DNA from: Clostridia bacterium | GTDB lineage: Bacteria > Bacillota > Clostridia > UMGS1883 > UMGS1540 | Length of the DNA: 35,936 nt | Direction of reading: 5' to 3' | Assembly (NCBI GenBank): GCA_045533905.1 | Contig: JAZSIR010000017.1 | Location: 1 to 35,936, forward strand | In this document: one piece after another, positions 27,583 to 35,936 of the stretch | How the letters are laid out: each line of letters starts with the position of its first letter | Position numbering within the stretch: position 1 is the first letter of the stretch | Position numbers and translations under genes: made by a program | Notes under the pieces: model-generated | Databases searched by the model: none | The model's input: only the letters and a program-made list of their open reading frames with translations | What the model was told of the DNA's origin: nothing

Positions 27583-28904
27583 TCTGCCTTCGCCTCCTTG
27601 CTTTTCAGTTCCTTATATAAATCCGTGTACAGCCTGTCCCGCACGACACAGCCGGGCGTGGAGCCACAGCGCATAATCTCTGTGCATTTCGAGCAGGCAA
27701 TGCAGATTTTGTTTTTCTCGAGTGTGCCGAGCGAGAGGATATCCTTTGCAAAATCGGGATAGGCAAAAATCATTCTGCCAAAGCCCGCAAAATCAAAGCC
27801 GCCTTTTTCAATGCAGCCTGCCGCTACATGGGGCGCTGCCGTGCCGAGGAAGGAGAGGCCGGAAGAAATGAGAGCGATTTCCGGCACCGCCGCTTTCAGC
27901 TGCATCATGCCCGAAAGTATTCTGCCCACGCCCACGAGGGGATGCTCCGGGGGCGCATAGCCGCCCGCGGCAAAGGGGCGGTTTACGTGCGGATTCACAT
28001 AGGGGTTTCCCATAGTGATATTGAGAAGGCGGACGCCTGCATCGCGAAGAGCTATGAGAAGCCGGACGGGCTCCTCGGGCGCGAACGCGAGTCCTTCGCC
28101 CTCCGAAACGCCGAAGCCGTAGGGGTAGGGGAAGCCGTCATAGACATTCAGCCGCGAAGTGACAATAAAATCTTTGCCCGTCACTTCCATAGCGCCGCGG
28201 ATGCTCTCCAGGAGAAACCGCGTGCGGTTTTCAAAGCTTCCGCCGTATTTACCTTCGCGCGTATAGGCGGATAAAAGTTCGGAGCCGAGGTATCTGTGGC
28301 AGGATTTGATATCCACGCCGTCAAAGCCGGCCATTTCTGCAAGGCGGGCGGATTCCACGAGCTTTTCCGAAACGGCATCTATAGCATCGTCGGACAAAAT
28401 ACTTTCTTTGCCGATAGGCGCATCCTTTTCAAAAAGCGGATTGTTATAGGCAATCAGTGGGCGGGGCACGCCGAAGGGTTTGCTGTATCTGCCGGAATGG
28501 GTGCTTTGCATAATGATAACCGGCGCATAGCCATTTTCGCGGATTGCGGTTTCGCGGATATCTTCCAGAATGCGTTTGAATGCATCCACATTGTCACGAC
28601 GGAGCCATAGCTGACGGGGGTTTGCCCGCCCCTCCTCACAGCACGCGGTGGCTTCAAACCAGATAAGGCCGCTGCCGCCTTTTGCAAAGCGGTCATACCG
28701 CCTTTTGGTGAGCACATCCGGTACGCCGTCCGCAGTGCCGTCACAGCCCTCCATCGCCTGGCAGACAAGGCGGTTCGAAATTTTTATATTGCCAACGGTA
28801 GCGGGTATGCCAAGCGAAGAAACGGAATCCGAAAACGGAAGCTTCGTGCCGAGCGCTTGGTTGTCCGCCAGAAAGGTTTCGTAATTTGTGTAAACAGTAG
28901 CCAT
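27579..28904 (-). CDS. NADH:flavin oxidoreductase / Old Yellow Enzyme-family protein with a C-terminal Cys cluster
   Basis: SNRLVCQAME, GGSGLIWFEA, QSTHSGR, AGFDGVDIKSCHRYL, YGGSFENRTRF and CIACSKC-x11-C. The ATG at 28904 has an AGGAGAG RBS; 441 aa. Confidence 0.88.
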   Translation of the reverse strand: MATVYTNYETFLADNQALGTKLPFSDSVSSLGIPATVGNIKISNRLVCQAMEGCDGTADGVPDVLTKRRYDRFAKGGSGLIWFEATACCEEGRANPRQLWLRRDNVDAFKRILEDIRETAIRENGYAPVIIMQSTHSGRYSKPFGVPRPLIAYNNPLFEKDAPIGKESILSDDAIDAVSEKLVESARLAEMAGFDGVDIKSCHRYLGSELLSAYTREGKYGGSFENRTRFLLESIRGAMEVTGKDFIVTSRLNVYDGFPYPYGFGVSEGEGLAFAPEEPVRLLIALRDAGVRLLNITMGNPYVNPHVNRPFAAGGYAPPEHPLVGVGRILSGMMQLKAAVPEIALISSGLSFLGTAAPHVAAGCIEKGGFDFAGFGRMIFAYPDFAKDILSLGTLEKNKICIACSKCTEIMRCGSTPGCVVRDRLYTDLYKELKSKEAKAE

Positions 28905-28985
28905 ATTTTTCACTCTCCTTATTTCAATTGTACCATACGCTAAGGCGGTGTGTATATATAAAAATTGTAAACTGATATGTAATTC

Positions 28986-29014
28986 TTGCTTTTTTATTTT
29001 CGAAATGCTATACT
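28986..29014 (+). promoter_or_regulatory. Sigma-A promoter of the AraC regulator
   Basis: TTGCTT-17 bp-TATACT with a TG extension. Confidence 0.75.
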
Positions 29015-29046
29015 GTATATGTAAAAAATGCAAAAGGAGAAATGAG

Positions 29047-29859
29047 ATGCACGTTTTATCCGTTGGCTTTTCTGATATCCTTACTTCCCGCGAGAGCCAT
29101 CATCATACGAATCACCAGTTGCTCTTTGTCACAGAAGGAAAAATTGACGTATGCGTAAGCGGGCGGGACTACCGCGCAAAGGAGGGGGACCTTCTCATTC
29201 TGAGCCGGCTTGAGCCGCATTCCATTCGTGTGCAGAGTAAAGTATATAAGCGATTTGCTATGGAAATCGCCGCAGACGGTATGGAAGCGGGAGGAAAATA
29301 CGGGCTTTTGTATTCCGTGCTCGTAAACCGCATACACGGCTTTCGCCACGTGGTGGAAACAGGGAACCGGAAAGAGGCATTTTCGGGAATTTTCTCGGAA
29401 ATGACAAAGGAATTCTCCGAAAAGGCGCCTTTTTATACAGAAAAATTGGATGCCTTGTTTTTGCAGCTTTTAGTACAGCTGTACAGAACGGCGCCCGAGC
29501 TTTTTTGCACAGATACGGGGCAGGGGATGGCGCTGGCTTCTGCCGTTCGCAGAAAGTTGGAAACGGAGATGGACTTCCCGCATACGCTGGAGAGTCTTGC
29601 GGCAGAATACCACGTAAGCCCTTCTCATCTTTCGCATACATTCAAGGCAATTACAGGATATGCGCCCATTGCCTATCTTATGGCGTGCCGTTTGTCTGCG
29701 GCAAAGCAGTATCTTTCTACTACGGAGAAAGCGGTTTCGGAGATTGTGTTCCGCTGCGGGTATAGTGACAGCAGTAATTTCTGCCGGATGTTTAAGGAAA
29801 AGACAGGGCAGAGTCCCACAGAGTTTAGAAGAATGCACAAAGACAGAAATAAAATATGA
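29047..29859 (+). CDS. AraC/XylS-family transcriptional regulator with an N-terminal cupin domain
   Basis: SHHHTNHQLLFV...EPH cupin and a double HTH (LAAEYHVSPSHLSHTFK; CGYSDSSNFCRMFK). The ATG at 29047 has an AAGGAG RBS. Confidence 0.92.
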   Translation: MHVLSVGFSDILTSRESHHHTNHQLLFVTEGKIDVCVSGRDYRAKEGDLLILSRLEPHSIRVQSKVYKRFAMEIAADGMEAGGKYGLLYSVLVNRIHGFRHVVETGNRKEAFSGIFSEMTKEFSEKAPFYTEKLDALFLQLLVQLYRTAPELFCTDTGQGMALASAVRRKLETEMDFPHTLESLAAEYHVSPSHLSHTFKAITGYAPIAYLMACRLSAAKQYLSTTEKAVSEIVFRCGYSDSSNFCRMFKEKTGQSPTEFRRMHKDRNKI

Positions 29860-29864
29860 AACAA

Positions 29865-29894
29865 AAAGGGCATCGGAAGTTTCCGATGCCCTTT
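29865..29894. terminator. Bidirectional terminator between araC and spoIIR
   Basis: AAAGGGCATCGGAA-GT-TTCCGATGCCCTTT. Confidence 0.85.
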
Positions 29895-30519
29895 ATATAC
29901 GTCGAAATGCCTCTTTCAGAAGGTGCGAAGCACTCTGAAAAAAGTCTGCCATCTTAAAGCGAATTTTCACAGTGTCACTTGCCGCCGGCGTGAGCACAGC
30001 CGCATTCTCGCCGACCGCCCGCACAAGCTGCGCGGTGCTGTCCTCCGAAATACTGCCGTCTACAAAGCAAAGGGGCGGAAACATCACGCACCACCAGTTT
30101 TCCCCCTGTGCCTCGCCGATTTCCACGCGCACTGCATCATATTCTCCCGCGGGCAGCGCAATGTCACCGTAGTATTTTGTGGGGAAGTACGTTTTCTCGA
30201 GCGAAAGGCGGACTGGGTAGGAAAACCCGTGCGACGAAATTTCTTCCGCGGCTACTTTCTCGAGACGTTTTTTCTCGCGCAGGAAGAGAGCGCACGATTC
30301 CTCCCGCGTTTTGCAGGCGGCAAAAAGGGTGCCGCTTTCCGCAAGGAGCCTGTCACGGACAGAGAGCTTCAAGTCCTGATCGGCGGCAGAGTCGCTGTTT
30401 GCAAGTACGTGGAGGCGCAGAACATTCTGTGCCACCTCCTTTTGCAGGGAATCTGCATATATCGTAAGGGAAAAAGAAACGAAAAGTCCCACACATAGCG
30501 CAATTATGCATTTTTTCAT
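29893..30519 (-). CDS. spoIIR: Stage II sporulation protein R
   Basis: Signal peptide, LRLHVLANSDS..DQ.LK..VRD, FPTK.YG..LPAGEY and NWWCVMFPPLC. The ATG at 30519 has a GAGGTG RBS. Confidence 0.96.
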   Translation of the reverse strand: MKKCIIALCVGLFVSFSLTIYADSLQKEVAQNVLRLHVLANSDSAADQDLKLSVRDRLLAESGTLFAACKTREESCALFLREKKRLEKVAAEEISSHGFSYPVRLSLEKTYFPTKYYGDIALPAGEYDAVRVEIGEAQGENWWCVMFPPLCFVDGSISEDSTAQLVRAVGENAAVLTPAASDTVKIRFKMADFFQSASHLLKEAFRRI

Positions 30520-30537
30520 ACAGTTCACCTCGGGATA

Positions 30538-30567
30538 AAGTATTACCAAAAAGGTGAATTTGTATGC
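30538..30567 (-). promoter_or_regulatory. Sigma-F promoter of spoIIR
   Basis: GCATA-15 bp-GGTAATACTT matches the sigma-F consensus, and spoIIR is an established sigma-F target. Confidence 0.8.
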
Positions 30568-30581
30568 ATAAAATGAAAAAA

Positions 30582-31430
30582 TTAAAAAATTGAAGACACG
30601 GGCGTGGTAATACACGGGCGAAGGCCCATTGCTGAAAAACGCTCTTTTGCATTTTCAGCAGCGTCACGCGTTTTGAAAATACCGTATACCACCGAGCCGC
30701 TTCCCGTCATCAGGGCGGCATCGGCGTCTTCCTTAAGAAGAAGCGCCTTGTACTCTGCAATTTCCTCGCGCGGAACAAAGGCCTCCAGCGTGTTATACAT
30801 TCGTTTCAGCACGCCGTCAAGATCGCGATTTGCAAGGGCACCGATAAGGCCTTCCGTATCCGGATGCTTCGTGATTTTAGCATCCCCCACAAGGCTGAAA
30901 ATCTTTTTGGTGCTGAGCGGAAAGCGCGGGCGCACAAGCAGAATATGGCAGTTTGAAAGCGGCACAAGCGGCGTGAGCTTTTCGCCGAGCCCTTCCGCAA
31001 GGCAGGTGCCGCCGGTCATACAAAAAGGCACATCGGCACCGCACATAAGACCGAGTTCCCGAAGCCTTTCAAAAGAAACGGGGAAGCCGTGCATACGGTT
31101 GAGTCCCATTAAAACGGCCGCCGCGTCGGCACTGCCGCCGCCGAGCCCGCCGCCGACGGGAATCCGCTTCTGAATCTGAATCGACACACCTTCCGAAGAA
31201 CCGATTTCGTCAAAGAACAAACGGGCGGCACGCCAGGCGATATTTTTATCATCGCACGGCAGGAAGGAAAGGTCACTTTGCACAACGACTTCCTTGTGCG
31301 GACGAAGCGTCACCTCGTCGAAAAGTCGGATAGACTGCATTACCGAAGCAAGGTCGTGGTATCCGTCAGGGCGTTTCCCTATAATATCTAAAGAAAGGTT
31401 GATTTTCGCGTGTGCGCGTAATTTTATCAT
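30582..31430 (-). CDS. ispE: 4-diphosphocytidyl-2-C-methyl-D-erythritol kinase
   Basis: AKINLSL, DGYH, KRIPVGGGLGGGSADAA, GADVPF and MTGSGS. Confidence 0.96.
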   Translation of the reverse strand: MIKLRAHAKINLSLDIIGKRPDGYHDLASVMQSIRLFDEVTLRPHKEVVVQSDLSFLPCDDKNIAWRAARLFFDEIGSSEGVSIQIQKRIPVGGGLGGGSADAAAVLMGLNRMHGFPVSFERLRELGLMCGADVPFCMTGGTCLAEGLGEKLTPLVPLSNCHILLVRPRFPLSTKKIFSLVGDAKITKHPDTEGLIGALANRDLDGVLKRMYNTLEAFVPREEIAEYKALLLKEDADAALMTGSGSVVYGIFKTRDAAENAKERFSAMGLRPCITTPVSSIF

Positions 31431-31433
31431 TTT

Positions 31434-32300
31434 CTATTCTCCCAGAAGAGATTTTAAATAGTCCTTAAATTGTGCGCCTACATCCTCACGCGCGAGCGCA
31501 AATTCCACCGTGGCCTTCAAAAAGCCGAGCTTGTTGCCCACGTCATACCGCTGTCCCTCAAAAGAGTAGCAGTACATCGGCTGCAGCTGTGCAAGGGCAC
31601 AAAGTGCATCCGTAAGCTGAATTTCGCCGCCCGCGCCGGGGCGTGTCTGCTCGAGTAGCGTGAAAATTTCAGGGGTGATGATATATCGGCCGAGTACTGC
31701 AATGTTACTCGGGGCATCTTTTTTAGAAGGCTTCTCCACCATGCCCGAAACGCGGTATATATCTTTTTCCACGGGTGCGGCCTTCACAATGCCGTATTTC
31801 GAAACATCTTCATCCGCCACTTCCTGCACGCCGAGTACGGTGGCGTTATATTTTTCATATACGTCCATCATCTGGCGAAGACACGGAATTTTGGAGCGGA
31901 CAATATCGTCCCCGAGCAAAACGGCAAAGGGTTCATTTCCCACAAAGGATTTGGCGCATAAAATCGCATGCCCGAGCCCAAGCGCCTGCTTTTGGCGCAC
32001 ATAATGAATGTTCGCAAGGGAGGATATGTATTCGAGCGTTTCGAGATATTCTGTTTTTTCGGCGCGTGCCAGCTCGTTTTCCAGTTCATAGGACTTGTCG
32101 AAGTGGTCCTCAATTGCACGCTTGCCGCGGCCTGAGATAATGAGAATATCTTGTACGCCGGACTTTGCCGCCTCCTCGATAATATACTGGAGCGTGGGGG
32201 TATCCACAATCGGAAGCATTTCTTTCGGCACTGCCTTGGTAGCCGGGAGAAAACGGGTACCGAGCCCTGCGGCAGGAATTACAGCCTTCGTAACTTTCAT
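31434..32300 (-). CDS. galU: UTP--glucose-1-phosphate uridylyltransferase
   Basis: KAVIPAAGLGTRFLPATKA.PKEMLP, LGLGHA, VEKP and GEIQLTDA. Confidence 0.96.
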   Translation of the reverse strand: MKVTKAVIPAAGLGTRFLPATKAVPKEMLPIVDTPTLQYIIEEAAKSGVQDILIISGRGKRAIEDHFDKSYELENELARAEKTEYLETLEYISSLANIHYVRQKQALGLGHAILCAKSFVGNEPFAVLLGDDIVRSKIPCLRQMMDVYEKYNATVLGVQEVADEDVSKYGIVKAAPVEKDIYRVSGMVEKPSKKDAPSNIAVLGRYIITPEIFTLLEQTRPGAGGEIQLTDALCALAQLQPMYCYSFEGQRYDVGNKLGFLKATVEFALAREDVGAQFKDYLKSLLGE

Positions 32301-33016
32301 TGTTCGTCTTCCTTCCTATAATTTTCAAGGCCATTTGTCATGGCGGTAAAGATTCTTTCTTTAAGACCGCGATGCTCGCGGGCGAGGTCTGCGAGAAGTT
32401 CTTTCGCGTATTGCCGTTTCGTATAGCCGTTTGCAGGGCACGGGTTATGTACCACGGGCGCACCGCTTCGGTTTATAAAGCCGATAACGTCCTGCTCCTT
32501 CATATACAGCATCGGACGGATGACGTGAATATCCTTGCGGTCCAGATACGTAACGGGACTAAAGGAGTGCAGGCGTCCTTCGTAAAAAAGACACAGGATA
32601 AAGGTTTCGAGTGCATCGTCATTGTGATGGCCGAGCGCCACCTTTCGGCATCCGTTTTCAAGCGCCGCATCGTGAAGCGCCCCGCGGCGAAGCTTTGCGC
32701 AAAGCGAGCAGGGATTTTCTTCTTTTCGTATATCAAACAGAATTTCCCGAATGTTCGTTTCCTGCACCAAAAGCTCCATCCCCTCCGCTTTAAAGTAAGA
32801 AGCGAGGGGGCCAAAGTCCATATCCGGAAAACCGAGGGCGAGCGTGATAGGCACCACTTCAAATTTCTTAGGATAAAAACGGCTGAGCGCGTGGAGGGCG
32901 AGTGCAAGCGTGATGCTGTCCTTGCCGCCGGAAACGCCAACGGCAATCCGGTCGCCGTCTTCAATCATATGATAGTCATCCACCGCACGGCGCACATAAC
33001 TTAAAACTTTCTGCAA
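32297..33016 (-). CDS. ttcA: TtcA-family tRNA thiolation PP-loop ATPase
   Basis: SGGKDS, PCSLCAKLRRG, LGHHNDD and IRPM. TTG start. Confidence 0.85.
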   Translation of the reverse strand: MQKVLSYVRRAVDDYHMIEDGDRIAVGVSGGKDSITLALALHALSRFYPKKFEVVPITLALGFPDMDFGPLASYFKAEGMELLVQETNIREILFDIRKEENPCSLCAKLRRGALHDAALENGCRKVALGHHNDDALETFILCLFYEGRLHSFSPVTYLDRKDIHVIRPMLYMKEQDVIGFINRSGAPVVHNPCPANGYTKRQYAKELLADLAREHRGLKERIFTAMTNGLENYRKEDEQ

Positions 33017-35005
<1,989 letters not shown>

Positions 35006-35009
35006 TTAT

Positions 35010-35038
35010 ATTTTACTAAAAAAACAAACATATGTAAA
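35010..35038 (-). promoter_or_regulatory. Sigma-A promoter of the ligA operon
   Basis: TTTACA-17 bp-TAAAAT. Confidence 0.7.
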
Positions 35039-35067
35039 GAAGAAAATGAAAAAAACTAAAAAGGGGA

Positions 35068-35096
35068 TTGCGAAGCGTGGCGGCGTGTGCTATACT
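35068..35096 (+). promoter_or_regulatory. Sigma-A promoter of the QueG-like gene
   Basis: TTGCGA-17 bp-TATACT with a TG extension. Confidence 0.7.
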
Positions 35097-35130
35097 GAAG
35101 AAACAAACAGAAACGGAAGGAGAGAGAAGA

Positions 35131-35781
35131 GTGGAAAAGGAAATCCGTGCCTTTTTGGAAGAACGGCTTGTTACGGATGTGGGCTTTGCCGGGTGCGAAG
35201 ATACGCCGTTTCCGGGGCTTACCCACGCCGTGTCTATGGTCTTTTCGCTTTCCGATGCGGTGGTGGAAGGTATCACGGATGCACCGACGCATACGTATTT
35301 TCATCACTATCGCACGATGAATGCCTATATCGATTCCGTTTCTCTCCAGCTTGTTTTATACTTGCAGGCGAAAGGCTACAGAGCCGCCGCCGTGCCGGCC
35401 AGCCAGTCGGTGGAAACTTACAGCGGCATTTTCTCGCATAAAAAAGCGGCCACACTTTCGGGCCTCGGGTATATCGGCAAAAGCGCACTCTTTATTTCTA
35501 AAGCACGGGGGCCGCGTGTGCGCCTCGGCACGGTGTTTACAGATGCGCCGCTTCCCAAAAATATATTTCCGCAAAAGGCAGAGTGCGGCGATTGCGATCT
35601 CTGCACCCGCGCGTGCGGCGCGATGGCCATTCGCGGCATAGAATACAAAGAAGGTATGCAAACGGAAGATATTTTAGACGTGCGCGCCTGCAGCGAATAT
35701 ATGAAAAAGAAATTCCAGCACATCGGCCGCGGCGCAGTCTGTGGCGTCTGTATGAAGGTTTGTCCTAAAAACAAAAAGTAA
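35131..35781 (+). CDS. Short epoxyqueuosine reductase (QueG)/reductive dehalogenase-like 2x[4Fe-4S] protein
   Basis: FSHK.AA..SGLG.IGKS, GPRVRLGTVFTD, CGDCDLCTRAC and C...CGVCMKVCP. The GTG at 35131 has a GGAGAG RBS; 216 aa. Confidence 0.82.
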   Translation: MEKEIRAFLEERLVTDVGFAGCEDTPFPGLTHAVSMVFSLSDAVVEGITDAPTHTYFHHYRTMNAYIDSVSLQLVLYLQAKGYRAAAVPASQSVETYSGIFSHKKAATLSGLGYIGKSALFISKARGPRVRLGTVFTDAPLPKNIFPQKAECGDCDLCTRACGAMAIRGIEYKEGMQTEDILDVRACSEYMKKKFQHIGRGAVCGVCMKVCPKNKK

Positions 35782-35796
35782 AAAAGCGCTTCATTC

Positions 35797-35936
35797 TGAA
35801 CTGCACCAATTTGTGCAGACAACACAAAAAAGCACCCTATGGTAAACAATATTAAATTTTAAGCAACATACTGACATCGTTTTTCAAGCGGTGTCAGTTT
35901 TGTTTTAAGTTGTATTCTTTCATTGTTGTAAAAATG
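35797..35936 (-). mobile_element. Right end of the same IS3-family element in inverted orientation (partial; transposase tail at 35859-35936, minus strand)
   Basis: It begins TGAACTGCACCAATTTGTGCAGACA and is identical in reverse complement to 1-139. The minus strand encodes HFYNNERIQLKTKLTPLEKRCQYVA*. Confidence 0.88.

Noticed and set aside
24935-28904. Assigning the redox operon to the bai operon, bilirubin reductase or succinate dehydrogenase
   Set aside because: There is no CoA ligase, dehydratase or transporter of the bai type. The OYE lacks the HGDR motif described for BilR and the fused FAD domain of BaiCD/BaiH, and sdhB/sdhC are absent.

Overview
This window is chromosomal DNA from a spore-forming Clostridia-class bacterium (spoIIR, spoVAE, sigma-A and sigma-F promoters; about 50% GC by eye). 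It looks like a whole contig: both ends carry the same 139-bp right end of an IS3-family element, in inverted orientation. Most of it is core genome: tRNA-Leu(CAA); a Fur/Zur-family regulator with a znuACB-like operon extended by two small Cys-rich proteins; spoVAE; an M23 peptidase; a roughly 16.4-kb co-oriented block (rsfS-leuS-yloC-remA-gmk-rpoZ-priA-def-fmt-Zn peptidase-rsmB-rlmN-prpC-prkC-rsgA-rpe-thiN); argGH; ligA-ttcA-galU-ispE-spoIIR; and a short QueG-like Fe-S protein. The best candidate for an uncharacterised system is a terminator-bounded cassette at about 24.9-29.9 kb. It pairs an AraC regulator with a divergent operon encoding an atypical Old-Yellow-Enzyme/Fe-S flavoenzyme, an SDR and an orphan SdhA/FrdA-superfamily flavoprotein; its substrate cannot be read from the sequence. 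Other oddities are an rsgA whose conserved N-terminus begins at ACG rather than ATG, tandem promoters with phased ARG boxes upstream of argG, a degenerate heptamer array beside tRNA-Leu, and no coaBC at its usual position. I saw no CRISPR array, prophage or defence system. All calls come from manual motif recognition, not database searches.
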